A DNA stretch of 53,708 nt from Candidatus Woesearchaeota archaeon (GCA_964641875.1 CAZXLU010000002.1:1-53708); one strand, 5' to 3'. Counted from the first letter of the stretch, positions 1 to 9,711 are shown. Numbers and translations are program-made. Notes: generated by a model not told the origin, from the sequence alone.

Positions 1-2
1 GA

Positions 3-407
3 GTTATCAACAATAATCCAAATTTGGCAACACTTGATAGTAACTTCGTAGGATCTACAAACACTGTTCCAGTGATCGTAATGGGTGGTCCTGCAGTCAA
101 CACGTTAGCAGAAACTTTGCTTAATCTAACAGCACCAGTTTACGGATCGCAATTTACTAACTTAACAGGCGTTGGATCTAATGAAGCAGTAATTGAATTG
201 TTCAACAAAGTTTCAGCATTCAATAATGAACCAGCACTTTGGGTAGCAGGTTACAATGCATCCGGCACAGTAGAAGCTTCCGAAGTATTAGCAGCTTCAT
301 TAGTTGGACAGCCAGTAGTTAACTTGACAGGTAATAAAGTAATACTTAGTACCTCATCATCCAATTATACGGGCGTAACTATTGTGCCTACTAATAGCAG
401 CAGCTAA
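3..407 (+). CDS. 3' fragment of a secreted surface (S-layer-like) glycoprotein; 5' end lies upstream of the window
   Basis: Frame 3 is open from nt 3, and the ORF track only starts at an internal TTG. Several N-x-S/T sequons. The motif VIVMGGPAVNTL...ALWVAGYNASGT recurs in the 37376..38296 product. A hairpin and T-tract follow the stop. Confidence 0.5.
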   Translation, partial: VINNNPNLATLDSNFVGSTNTVPVIVMGGPAVNTLAETLLNLTAPVYGSQFTNLTGVGSNEAVIELFNKVSAFNNEPALWVAGYNASGTVEASEVLAASLVGQPVVNLTGNKVILSTSSSNYTGVTIVPTNSSS

Positions 408-432
408 AACTTAACTCACATTAAGAAAACTT

Positions 433-465
433 GAAGGGATTTTCCCTTCTATTTTTTATTTTTAA
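433..465 (+). terminator. Hairpin plus T-rich tract downstream of the surface-protein fragment
   Basis: GAAGGGA (433-439) pairs with TCCCTTC (443-449) around a 3-nt loop, followed by tattttttattttt. Archaeal termination uses oligo-T tracts. Confidence 0.4.
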
Positions 466-514
466 TTTATAAGTTTATAAATTCTAGTTTCTTTTAATTA
501 AATAACATTAATCT

Positions 515-931
515 ATGAAAATTATATTTAAGGCTAAAAACGTTGAAAAGAAAAGAATTAACAAACAGTTAATAGCGGTTATAGCCTCGTTTGTTGTTAT
601 AGTTGCATTAGTATATTTTATAGCGGTTTCATTGAATCACGTTTCACAGAATCATGAAATATCAAAATTAAATGCGGAAGCAGCAGCTTATGCAAGACAG
701 TTAACAAGCGAAGTATCAGTAAATTCAAGCGCATGCACACAAAATTATTCTTCAATATTAAATAAAAGCAATCCAAAATTGGGTTGTGGAGTAGTATTTT
801 ACTGCTATTACTCTTCATCTTGTCAATACTCTGGGCCACAATCAAATAATTATGTTAGTTTCTTGTGTGATGCTTTTAAGCCAAATCAAGTTATAGCTAC
901 AGGAATGTGCTTTAAAGTAGCTTTGAGTTAA
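515..931 (+). CDS. Hypothetical N-terminally membrane-anchored, Cys-rich extracytoplasmic protein
   Basis: Basic N-terminus followed by one TM helix (LIAVIASFVVIVALVYFIAV), then 7 Cys in the ectodomain. No recognisable family motif. Confidence 0.45.
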   Translation: MKIIFKAKNVEKKRINKQLIAVIASFVVIVALVYFIAVSLNHVSQNHEISKLNAEAAAYARQLTSEVSVNSSACTQNYSSILNKSNPKLGCGVVFYCYYSSSCQYSGPQSNNYVSFLCDAFKPNQVIATGMCFKVALS

Positions 932-934
932 TAA

Positions 935-2143
935 ATGGATAATTTAAAACAGATAGGAATAGAAAACTTTGAAACATATAACTTAAAGGGAAAGCTTTTT
1001 GAAAGAGAAGAGGATTTCATAGTACAGGAAATAGAAGAAGATGGAGAAATCCTAACAGTAGAAAGAGAGGATCAAAAACCATCAAATAACTCTTTAGACA
1101 ACAGGGAGAATTATCTAATTTTTACGTTAGTTAAGAAAGGCATGTCAACTCCAGAGGCATTAAAGTTTATTTCAAGGAATTTACATATAAATATAAAAAG
1201 GATTGCTTATAACGGAAATAAAGATAAAAGGGCTTTGACTTCTCAAAGAATAAGTATATTTAAATTCGATGCACAAAGATTGAAAATAAACAGTGAAAGA
1301 TTATTTGTAAGGGATTTAGGTTATAGCAGTCAACCTTGTAAGATAGGAAAGTTATACGGCAACCACTTCACAGTTTATGTTAGTGATTTTTATAATGATG
1401 GTGTTAATATAAATCAAATAAAAGAGGACTTGAAAAAAGGGATACCAAATTTCTATGGTCCACAAAGGTTTGGTTCAGCGTCATTAAATATAAAAGTGTC
1501 AAAAAGTATACTGGAGAGCGATTTCAAGTCAGCTTTTCATTCTTTGGTCTTGGAGGAAAGAAATGAATCTGAATTAAATAAGGACAAGAGAAATGAATTA
1601 AAATCCTTATTTGAAGCCTATTTTTTAGACGGGAAAATAAACAGAGAAAAAGCAGTCGAAACCTTGAAGTCCTTACCAAATTTTATGTATTTTGAAAGAG
1701 AATCTTTGTATTATTTATTAGAGCACAAAAATGATTATGCCGGTGCAATAAGACTTATGCCTAAGTATATCCGTTTGATGATTCTACAATCTTTTCAGTA
1801 CTATTTTTTTAATAAAACAATAAGTGAATTGTTGAAAAGAAATAAATTAAATGAATTTGAGAGCATTCCAACAATAGGATATGACATAAAATTAGATGAT
1901 AGCGAGATCAGCAACATTATAAAAGATTTAATGGAAAGGGAAGGAATAGAGAACGTAGAAGAACTCAAATTAAATAGTATGCCAGAAGCAAGTTTAAAAT
2001 CTTTCCTACATCCAGCTTTTTTCATACCAGAGAAATTTGACATTGTTACGGAAGGAAAAAATGCGGTTATAACATTTGATCTAAAAAAGGGTTCTTATGC
2101 AACTGTGCTTTTATTGAAGCTTTTTGGAGTAGAGGGATTTTAG
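935..2143 (+). CDS. truD: tRNA pseudouridine synthase D (TruD/Pus7 family)
   Basis: Catalytic-Asp motif NGNKDKRALTSQRIS (GxKDxxAxTxQ) and FYGPQRFG motif. The 402-aa length is typical of archaeal TruD. Confidence 0.88.
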   Translation: MDNLKQIGIENFETYNLKGKLFEREEDFIVQEIEEDGEILTVEREDQKPSNNSLDNRENYLIFTLVKKGMSTPEALKFISRNLHINIKRIAYNGNKDKRALTSQRISIFKFDAQRLKINSERLFVRDLGYSSQPCKIGKLYGNHFTVYVSDFYNDGVNINQIKEDLKKGIPNFYGPQRFGSASLNIKVSKSILESDFKSAFHSLVLEERNESELNKDKRNELKSLFEAYFLDGKINREKAVETLKSLPNFMYFERESLYYLLEHKNDYAGAIRLMPKYIRLMILQSFQYYFFNKTISELLKRNKLNEFESIPTIGYDIKLDDSEISNIIKDLMEREGIENVEELKLNSMPEASLKSFLHPAFFIPEKFDIVTEGKNAVITFDLKKGSYATVLLLKLFGVEGF

Positions 2144-2182
2144 CCTTTGATTGTATTTTTTATTAGGAATCCCTAAAAATTA

Positions 2183-2875
2183 TCAACTACATATATTTAT
2201 GTAAGGAGCATACCTGCATATTGTTGCCGTAAGCTGTTGAGTATTTTCATAACCAACGTAAGTTTCATTTTCGTTTATTATTAATGTGGGGTAGGAAGTT
2301 ACATTGTATGTTTTGTCTATAGCTTTTACCGGCGTTATGTTTGTGTTTGCGTTTAGTACTGTAGCTATTATGGTATAATTTGATTTCTGTTCTAAATAAG
2401 AAAGCTCACTTCCCTCCGTTCCGCAATTAGAACACCCATTTTGAGGATAAAGCATCAGTACATTAACAACTTTATGTCCACATTGGTTTTCTACTCTCTG
2501 CGCCAAAAGCCAATAACTTATTCTTGTATACGTGAATCTATCTAAAAGATTTGAATAGTAAGAAGCGTAAAGGGAGTTTGAATCAGCTGAGGTAATCTCT
2601 TCATTCAAATTTTGAAGTTGCTGGTCAAGAGAAGAAAGGCCGCCATTAAGTATAGCACACGAAACACTTGAATTATAGCTCCCTATGGATGCTGTCAATG
2701 AAAGTGACTGTAGCTCTTGCTCATAGTTGTTTAATTGTGATTCTAGTAAGGGGATCTTTAAATTCGCTATTGCGTACCCTAATACAAAAGCAGTAGATAT
2801 CGCAAATATTACTGCGAGTGATGCCAATATTAGCTTAGTTTTGTTTTTTTTCAATTGCGACTTTTTATTTTCCAT
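2183..2875 (-). CDS. Membrane-anchored extracytoplasmic thioredoxin-fold protein (CxxC thiol:disulfide oxidoreductase-like)
   Basis: N-terminal TM helix and coiled-coil-like linker. C-terminal beta-strand VVNVLMLY, then CSNC, then a cis-Pro-type loop SYPTLII. It overlaps the upstream GT2 gene by 25 nt. Confidence 0.55.
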   Translation of the reverse strand: MENKKSQLKKNKTKLILASLAVIFAISTAFVLGYAIANLKIPLLESQLNNYEQELQSLSLTASIGSYNSSVSCAILNGGLSSLDQQLQNLNEEITSADSNSLYASYYSNLLDRFTYTRISYWLLAQRVENQCGHKVVNVLMLYPQNGCSNCGTEGSELSYLEQKSNYTIIATVLNANTNITPVKAIDKTYNVTSYPTLIINENETYVGYENTQQLTATICRYAPYINICS

Positions 2876-4119
2876 TCTATCCTCTTATTAAGAAGAGTTG
2901 CATTTATAAATCCGTATAGCCATGTTAGACCAAGAAAATATGAGAACAATGTTACATATAAAGCTATGTAAATTGTGTCTTTCACAGTTTCTATTTTTTT
3001 TGTTACAGCTTTTAATGCGTAGAATAGTGAATATATTCCAAAAACCAATAAGAATATCCCTATAAAAGACAAGGTGTCTATGCTATAAAATGAATCAATT
3101 AAAAGTTGATGCAGTTCTTGTAATGAGAAATTTATTCCGACTGTAGAAATGCTTATTAAAATAGTCGAAATGTAATAATATATATAGTATCCTACTAAAG
3201 GTAGTGCCACTATTGAAAAGAAAACCGAAGCAAATATCATTATCATTATATTCTTGTCTATTCTCCCGTTATTTTTATCATTCATTATCCTTTTTCTATA
3301 TTTAAGCATATTATAGAAGAATCCGGAATACCATCTGCCCCTTTGTTTGAATAGAGAATAGAATGTTGATGGTACTATAGTGTATGAGAATGCGTCGATA
3401 ACGTTTTCAACCTTATAACCTTCTACCAGAAGATGTATAGCTATCTCCATGTCTTCTGTTATGTTCTTTTCATCAAAGTAACCTATCTTTTCAATTGCCG
3501 TTTTTCTGAATATAGAACCTGGGCCAGGAGCAACCATTAAATTTCCAACAAAACTGAAAGCTTTTCTTAATACAATTGAAAATATATAGTCATATTTTTG
3601 TATTGATTGGACAAATTTTTTAGGGTTGTAAACGGCAACAGAAGGCGTTACTGCACCTACTTCTCTGTCTTTGAAGGGAACTATCAATTTTCTTAACATG
3701 TCTTTATCAGCGATAGAATCAGCGTCTAAGCTGGCTATAAATTCCTCCTTAACTTTATTTTTAATTATGTAGTTCATAACGGCTGCTTTCCCATTAATCT
3801 TCGTGTCTACAACTTCTACGTCTTTTTTTAAGAAAGAATATGCTACTTTCCTCGTTTTCTCATCAGTTGCCTTGTTAAGCCCTATGTAAATTTTTATTTT
3901 ATTTTTTGGGTAATTACTGTTAAGAATACTGTTAACCGATAATCGCAAATCTTCTCCTTCAAATAGTGTAGGTATTATCACCGCTATTTTAGGAGATGTT
4001 TTTATGCTTTTCTTTCTTTCTTTCTTTTCTATTATTTCGAAGTATATGAAAAGCCAGAAAAATATTAGAAGTAAAACTACGGCAGACATTACCTCTAAAA
4101 GCAATTTTGAATAAATCAT
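2851..4119 (-). CDS. Processive family-2 glycosyltransferase (membrane-integrated polysaccharide synthase type)
   Basis: VIIPTLFEG N-terminal GT-A strand, DADS (DxD), ITEDME (TED) and QRGRW (QxxRW) motifs, plus N- and C-terminal TM helices. Confidence 0.8.
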   Translation of the reverse strand: MIYSKLLLEVMSAVVLLLIFFWLFIYFEIIEKKERKKSIKTSPKIAVIIPTLFEGEDLRLSVNSILNSNYPKNKIKIYIGLNKATDEKTRKVAYSFLKKDVEVVDTKINGKAAVMNYIIKNKVKEEFIASLDADSIADKDMLRKLIVPFKDREVGAVTPSVAVYNPKKFVQSIQKYDYIFSIVLRKAFSFVGNLMVAPGPGSIFRKTAIEKIGYFDEKNITEDMEIAIHLLVEGYKVENVIDAFSYTIVPSTFYSLFKQRGRWYSGFFYNMLKYRKRIMNDKNNGRIDKNIMIMIFASVFFSIVALPLVGYYIYYYISTILISISTVGINFSLQELHQLLIDSFYSIDTLSFIGIFLLVFGIYSLFYALKAVTKKIETVKDTIYIALYVTLFSYFLGLTWLYGFINATLLNKRIEWKIKSRN

Positions 4120-4152
4120 AGAAATTTCTTATTATTTTATGGTTAAATATCT

Positions 4153-5643
4153 TTAATTAAATATTTTTACTAAGGATATACAGGAAGATAAAACGAGTCT
4201 GCTATGTAATTTACCATATAATTCATAGCAACCTATGCTGTTGTTCTCTCTTGATAGATTTATATTATACTTTACTCCATACTTTAAATCTATAACGGGA
4301 GTATAAATGCATTTGCTTTTTGAAAGTCCATAAGTATAAAGATAAACTCCATTAATTTCATCTTCAAGTGTATAGTTTTCGTTTATATTTCCTATGCTTA
4401 TTACCGGATACTGTGAATAGTTTTGTCCTCTTATATAAGTGGCACTTATACCATAATAATTAAGATAAACCCAATTGTTTGATTGAACTGTACAGTTTGT
4501 AGTTCCGTATTTCTGTATGAGCAACTGTTTTGCAGCAGCCATTTCTTTGTTAAGCGTGTTGATATTGAAGTTCTGTGAGAAAAGGAAGTGATAAGCTATA
4601 ATCATAGAAACTATGAAGAACAAAACTGTAAAAAGGAGCATTTCTTTTTTAGTTAAAAGTGAGAGCAGTAAAGTTAAAGAGAGTGTAACTAAAAGGAAAA
4701 ATCTATAATAACCTAATCCGTTAACATAGAGCCCGCTTGCAAAGAAGTATAGAAACAAAGATAAGGCAGATAAAACCGATATAATTGCAATTTCTCTTTT
4801 TTTTCTTTGTATATCTTTTATTATACCTCTTTTAAAGACTAATATCAAAACAACAAGCGGAATAAGAGAAATAAGTTCATAAAATCCTTGATAAGTGTAC
4901 TTTGCATTTGAAATTCCCGTAGAGGTTAAACTAGGAGAATTTTCATGCAATGACATAAAGAATGTGAATAAGAAATCATGGTAAAGTATAATATTGTATA
5001 AAAAGAACGGCAGAAGTGCAAGCAATGCTATGCCTGCAAAAATTAGTATTCTTTTTACTGATGGAATTAACTTTTTGTCTATTAAAAATAATGCTATTGG
5101 CAAAAATAATATGCTGTCATATTTAGATACAAAAGCCAGTGCCATGAAAACACCTGCAATAGGTTTTTTGAGCTTTATGAAGGATATGAGAAGTATAAGG
5201 AAAGAATACATTGGTAATTCTGAACCATTTTTTATTGAATAAAATAAGAAGAAAGGATTAAGTAATATCCCCAAAAGTATAACATATTCTAATTTGAAAG
5301 CCTTGGAAAATATGTAAACGGAGATGAAAAATATTACAGTAAAGAACGCTATAAACGCATAGACAGAATACTTTCCAAACACAAAGGAAAATATACCTAT
5401 AATAAAGCTCTCAAGCAGTGCCCTTTGATTTTCAAAGTAATCACCGTTATGAAAAAGATAATTTGAATTTAGAATCCTTACTAGCATGTCCCAGTTTTTA
5501 AGCAAGTCGAACTGTATGAAAAAGAATAACACTGAAAGAACGAGATACGAAGCAATAATATAGTATCTATACTTGTAGAGGAAATTGTTCGCTTCTTTTA
5601 TCCATTTGTAAATAGTTTTTTTATACATAACTGGACCACGCAA
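4153..5643 (-). CDS. Polytopic GT-C-like (ArnT/PMT-like) membrane glycosyltransferase candidate with a C-terminal extracytoplasmic domain
   Basis: About 12 predicted TM helices followed by a ~130-aa soluble tail. It sits between two GT2 genes with overlapping ends. No WWDYG (AglB) motif seen. The real start may be Met6 (5628). Confidence 0.45.
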   Translation of the reverse strand: MRGPVMYKKTIYKWIKEANNFLYKYRYYIIASYLVLSVLFFFIQFDLLKNWDMLVRILNSNYLFHNGDYFENQRALLESFIIGIFSFVFGKYSVYAFIAFFTVIFFISVYIFSKAFKLEYVILLGILLNPFFLFYSIKNGSELPMYSFLILLISFIKLKKPIAGVFMALAFVSKYDSILFLPIALFLIDKKLIPSVKRILIFAGIALLALLPFFLYNIILYHDFLFTFFMSLHENSPSLTSTGISNAKYTYQGFYELISLIPLVVLILVFKRGIIKDIQRKKREIAIISVLSALSLFLYFFASGLYVNGLGYYRFFLLVTLSLTLLLSLLTKKEMLLFTVLFFIVSMIIAYHFLFSQNFNINTLNKEMAAAKQLLIQKYGTTNCTVQSNNWVYLNYYGISATYIRGQNYSQYPVISIGNINENYTLEDEINGVYLYTYGLSKSKCIYTPVIDLKYGVKYNINLSRENNSIGCYELYGKLHSRLVLSSCISLVKIFN

Positions 5644-6637
5644 ACTTTTCAGATAATGTGTAATTGAATATGAAAGCTATTATTATACCTATAAAGTTAG
5701 CTATTAAATATTCTATTGACAAAGATAGATAAGTAGCAATTACAACATTTATTAGTAATCCAAGAAGGGCAACAGCATTATATCTTGGCAGGGCTATAAG
5801 AAAAGAGACTCTTTTTTTGAATGTAAATTCATGGTTAAGTATAAAATTGCTTATTATTGCAGATTCAGCGGATAATGTAAATACAATGTATAACGGTAAA
5901 AAATGATGAAGGAGAAAAGCAATAAATTCATTTACGAATACACCAATAAAACCAACCAGAGCAAACTTCAATATTCTATAATTATTTAATTTCAAAATCT
6001 GTGAAATGAATTCTATTATCGTTGTTCCCCCAAGTTTGGATTTTCCGGCTTTTCTTTCGCCAAAATTATATTCAACAGCAGCTATTTTATCCTTGTATTT
6101 AAGATTTGCAAAGATATCTAGCATTATCTTATACCCTTTTGGTTGTATTTTTCTTAAATCCACATAAGCAAGCCTGAATCCAAAGTATCCTGACATTGGG
6201 TCGTTTATGTTTTTAATGCCATTTACAAGGATTTTTGCAATTAAAGAAGCGGATTTTGAGATCAGTTTTCTTGCTACGCTCATATTTGAATTTTTCCTAA
6301 TGCCATAAACAAAGTAGTTTTTATCCAATTTTTTAAAGAATTCTGGCAATTTCTTAGGATCATGCTGAAAATCTGCATCCATCACAACTATTTTCGCATC
6401 TTTATCCTTTATTGACTTTATACCATCTAAAACTGCAGAAGCAAGGCCTCTCTCATTTTTTCTTGTTATGAGCTTTACATTCTTAAAGTGGCCGCATATA
6501 TTGACAGTTCCATCCTCGGAATTGTCATCTACTACTATTACCTTGTAAGTTCTGAGCAAAGGCAGTAAATCCTTAAGGTTTTCTGCCTCTTTATAAGTAG
6601 GCAGAATTACGTAGTTTTTCATGCTTAGAATAGTCAT
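5621..6637 (-). CDS. Dolichyl/polyprenyl-phosphate hexosyltransferase (Dpm1-like GT2) fused to a GtrA-like TM domain
   Basis: ILPTYKEAENL, VVDDNSEDGT and DADFQHDP motifs. The C-terminal 4-TM region FALVGFIGVFVNEFIAFLL is typical of GtrA. Confidence 0.8.
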   Translation of the reverse strand: MTILSMKNYVILPTYKEAENLKDLLPLLRTYKVIVVDDNSEDGTVNICGHFKNVKLITRKNERGLASAVLDGIKSIKDKDAKIVVMDADFQHDPKKLPEFFKKLDKNYFVYGIRKNSNMSVARKLISKSASLIAKILVNGIKNINDPMSGYFGFRLAYVDLRKIQPKGYKIMLDIFANLKYKDKIAAVEYNFGERKAGKSKLGGTTIIEFISQILKLNNYRILKFALVGFIGVFVNEFIAFLLHHFLPLYIVFTLSAESAIISNFILNHEFTFKKRVSFLIALPRYNAVALLGLLINVVIATYLSLSIEYLIANFIGIIIAFIFNYTLSEKFAWSSYV

Positions 6638-6654
6638 TTGTATAATTAAATGAA

Positions 6655-6963
6655 TTACCTAAGCCCGTATGCAGAATCATGCCTGTCTATTTTGTCTATG
6701 TACAGGCCGTCCTTTATTGGTTTGAATATTATCACGTATTTACCAGCATGCTTACTCATATACCCACTCATGAGATTGCTTAAATGCTCTCCTTGCTGTG
6801 GATTTGAATATATCTGTGAGATCGCTTTGCTTACTCTCTCAAATCCATTTTTATTCTTTCTGTACATTTTTTCAATTTCTCTCTCTGCGGGTTTTGAAAG
6901 CTCAATTTGTTCTGCATTTAAACCAAGCGTTTTTTCAAGTTTTTTCCTGCTGTCATTTTCCAT
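6655..6963 (-). CDS. RelE/ParE-superfamily toxin-like protein
   Basis: The C-terminal pattern SKHAGKYVIIFKPIKDGLYIDKIDRHDSAYG fits the RelE/ParE core (g.yRiiY.i.d..v.i..v.hR..aY). The opposite-strand ORF 6650..6985 is low-complexity and hydrophobic. Confidence 0.55.
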   Translation of the reverse strand: MENDSRKKLEKTLGLNAEQIELSKPAEREIEKMYRKNKNGFERVSKAISQIYSNPQQGEHLSNLMSGYMSKHAGKYVIIFKPIKDGLYIDKIDRHDSAYGLR

Positions 6964-6998
6964 TATTTTTACTGATATAAAGTAGTATAAATACTTAA

Positions 6999-7466
6999 CT
7001 ATAGTGCATCTATCTGTATTCTATGCTCTTCAGCTATCTTAATTAATTGATTTACAGTCTTTTTTATCTCTTCTTCCGAAAGATTATTGGTAGAATTCTC
7101 TTTTTTCTGAAAAGAATCCAGGAATTCTCTTTTAGAAAGCATTAATGCATCATTTCTTTTTCTTGGTATTATATGAAAGTGCAGGTGTTTTATACTCTGT
7201 CCTGCATTTTCACCATTTTGCATTAAAAAGTCATATTCGTTTGTTGAGCTGTATTTTAGGGATATAAATAAAACCTTATTTGAAAATGATATGAAATCCT
7301 TTCTTTCATTTTCGTTCATTTGGTATAACTGTTCTATATGCCTTTTCGGTATTATCAAGCAGTGGCCTTTTACAACCGGCCTTAAGTTGTATAATGCAAA
7401 AAAGTTTTCATCCTCGTAGAATTTTTGTTTTTTTATTATAATTTCATTGCAAAATGCACAGTCCAT
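6999..7466 (-). CDS. HIT-family nucleotide hydrolase/transferase
   Basis: Histidine triad HLHFHIIPR and N-terminal CAFC zinc-type motif. Confidence 0.88.
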   Translation of the reverse strand: MDCAFCNEIIIKKQKFYEDENFFALYNLRPVVKGHCLIIPKRHIEQLYQMNENERKDFISFSNKVLFISLKYSSTNEYDFLMQNGENAGQSIKHLHFHIIPRKRNDALMLSKREFLDSFQKKENSTNNLSEEEIKKTVNQLIKIAEEHRIQIDAL

Positions 7467-7515
7467 AATAACTATAAAGTTTGGCTATATATTATAATTT
7501 TTAGAAACAATTAAC

Positions 7516-7524
7516 TATTTAATA
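7516..7524 (+). promoter_or_regulatory. TATA-box candidate for the 7546 gene
   Basis: TATTTAATA ends 21 nt before the ATG. The same spacing recurs at other + strand genes, implying a leaderless mRNA. Confidence 0.35.
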
Positions 7525-7545
7525 CTACGGGTTTTTTAAAATAGT

Positions 7546-9024
7546 ATGAATAAAGCTTTGCCAATAGCTGCCTTGATTGTTTTAGTTATCGTAGTTTTAG
7601 CATTTGTGCTGTTTTATCATCCAATTTCAGTTAGTGTTACAAAGCCATCAACAACTTCTGCTACGCCGATAGCTATGACCGATCCTGCAGAACTACCAGC
7701 CAATACCACCAGTTTGTATATCTCGTATTCATCTTTCAAAATACTGTACTTTAATTCAAATCATTCAGCAGGTACTTTAACAGTCAATTCCTCGGGCAGC
7801 ATAAATCTACTTTCATTGTTGAACGTGTCTAAGGTTTTGGCTGTAGCAAATTTACCATTAAATTCATCTGTAAAAGAAATACAGTTTACCGTAGTTTCTG
7901 CAAACGCTACAATAAATGGTACAACACAAAGCGTAAAAGTAGCGAGTCCAATAGTAACGGCAACGGTTCCTGCAAACTTCAATAAAATAAACAGTTCTTC
8001 TTCCCTTATTTTAGATTTCACACCGGCTTTGATAAGTGTTTATACTGCAAATTCAACAGAATATATATTAGTTCCCTCACTTCTTGCTTTATCATCTACA
8101 GGAATAAAAAATCATGCAATAGGCACAATATCAAGAATACCGGCAAATATCAATAAAACGTTATTCTCTGCAAGACCAAATATAACTATAACGTCTGCAA
8201 CGCTGCAACAAGTAGGCAATTTAACAAAGATAAGTGTAACTGTAAAGGACAATTCAAATCAATCTGTAGTTTTACAACATTTAAGGTTAAAGATGATAAA
8301 TGGCTTTAAATTGTTAACTTTCGGCTTCAATGGAAGTTTATTTAATAATACAAAGTTTAGCTTAAAGAAATATATGTTCAATGTAAGCAATATCATTTCA
8401 AAAGTTAAAGCACATTTGCCTTCATTTATAAGCACTCTAAATAGTTCAATATATTCAAATTTAAGTAGTATTAATTCAAGTATTGGAGGCAGTATCGGTA
8501 GGATAATTAAATCTAAATTTAACGGGTCTTTCGGTAAATTTGGAGCAATAGGAAATAGAATGGAGCAGCAATTCCAAAATGTACAGAGCCAGATGCAGCG
8601 TAATCTTGTAGCTAATGAGAATAGGTTGAATATCATGAAAAGAATCTTAGCAGGTGTCTCAGTAAACTTCTTTATATCCTCAAATGGAACGATGTTTCTG
8701 CCTTTCTCAGGTCATAGGCTTTTTAATTTACCTTTTAACGTCAGTTCTGTAAAGGTAAATAGAATAAACAGCACGGATATGAACATATCCTATAATCAAT
8801 CTGGTTTATCTGCAGAGATAGCAAACAATAGCAGTTTCTCTTTGCCATTTAACTTTGGATATTCCTTATCGCCTGGACAGACTGTGACTCTTACATTTTC
8901 AGGAGAAATGAACTTAGGTGACGGTTTAGTTTCGCTGCAGTTAATCCCAGGAACACAGTATAATCTGTACTTACAGGGAACAGAGGGCGCAAGAGCATTT
9001 TATACTGTGAATGCAACAAGCTGA
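7546..9024 (+). CDS. N-terminally anchored, heavily sequon-decorated extracellular protein (DUF4382-like N-terminal domain)
   Basis: TM anchor ALPIAALIVLVIVVLAFVLFY. I count about 28 N-x-S/T sequons by eye. The pattern INLLSL...LILDFTPALISV resembles DUF4382. Confidence 0.6.
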   Translation: MNKALPIAALIVLVIVVLAFVLFYHPISVSVTKPSTTSATPIAMTDPAELPANTTSLYISYSSFKILYFNSNHSAGTLTVNSSGSINLLSLLNVSKVLAVANLPLNSSVKEIQFTVVSANATINGTTQSVKVASPIVTATVPANFNKINSSSSLILDFTPALISVYTANSTEYILVPSLLALSSTGIKNHAIGTISRIPANINKTLFSARPNITITSATLQQVGNLTKISVTVKDNSNQSVVLQHLRLKMINGFKLLTFGFNGSLFNNTKFSLKKYMFNVSNIISKVKAHLPSFISTLNSSIYSNLSSINSSIGGSIGRIIKSKFNGSFGKFGAIGNRMEQQFQNVQSQMQRNLVANENRLNIMKRILAGVSVNFFISSNGTMFLPFSGHRLFNLPFNVSSVKVNRINSTDMNISYNQSGLSAEIANNSSFSLPFNFGYSLSPGQTVTLTFSGEMNLGDGLVSLQLIPGTQYNLYLQGTEGARAFYTVNATS

Positions 9025-9177
9025 TTTTTAGAAAATAAAGGTTTTTTATGCATCTGTAATAAAAAATAAAGTAAATTTTTATGACTTAAATAGCTCTTGT
9101 AAAGACAATAAATCTTTACTTTCATTTGTTATATAGGAATTTTTCTTATCTAGCGCTCTTTTATTTTGTATCTTAAG

Positions 9178-9186
9178 ATATAAATA
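9178..9186 (+). promoter_or_regulatory. TATA-box candidate for the MNT/HEPN operon
   Basis: ATATAAATA ends 21 nt before the ATG at 9208. Confidence 0.4.
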
Positions 9187-9207
9187 CCTTTAGATACAGT
9201 AATTTTT

Positions 9208-9711
9208 ATGAAAGGAATAAAAGTCTATATTGACGATGATATAGATCAGAGGATAAGAAAGGTTGCAATGGCTCGATTTGGCTATGGAAAAGGTTCTCTG
9301 AGCAAAGCTGTAGAATCAGCAATCATACAGTGGATTAATTCTATTGATTATACAGAAAAAATATTAAAAGAGGTAAAGGAAAAAGCGGAAAAAGATGAAA
9401 ATATTATAGCGGTCTATCTGTTTGGAAGTTACGTAAGTGGAGAAAAATACTTTAATGATATTGATATAGCTTTTCTAGTTAAAGATAAGGCAAAATTTGA
9501 TAAAAATATATACAAATTAGCTGATAATCTCGATTTAGCAGTAATGCAAGATCTGCCATTAAATATACAAATGAGAATATTTGAGAAGGGGAAATTACTT
9601 GTAGTAAATCAAAATTCTAAATTATTAGATTACTATTTTGAATGCTTTGAAAAATGGGAAGATTTCAAAGACACTTTTTATGATATAATTGGGGTAGTTA
9701 AAAATGGATAA
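9208..9711 (+). CDS. MNT-type nucleotidyltransferase antitoxin with an N-terminal ribbon-helix-helix domain
   Basis: N-terminal RHH-like KVYIDDDIDQRIRKVAMARFG...SLSKAVESAIIQWI, then the minimal NTase motif LFGSYVSGE...DIDIAF. It overlaps the HEPN gene by 8 nt. Confidence 0.8.
   Translation: MKGIKVYIDDDIDQRIRKVAMARFGYGKGSLSKAVESAIIQWINSIDYTEKILKEVKEKAEKDENIIAVYLFGSYVSGEKYFNDIDIAFLVKDKAKFDKNIYKLADNLDLAVMQDLPLNIQMRIFEKGKLLVVNQNSKLLDYYFECFEKWEDFKDTFYDIIGVVKNG

Noticed and set aside
6650-6985. 111-aa and 60-aa + strand ORFs opposite the RelE-like gene
   Set aside because: They are hydrophobic and Cys/Phe-rich with no motif. The minus-strand frame carries a recognisable RelE/ParE core, so that frame was preferred.
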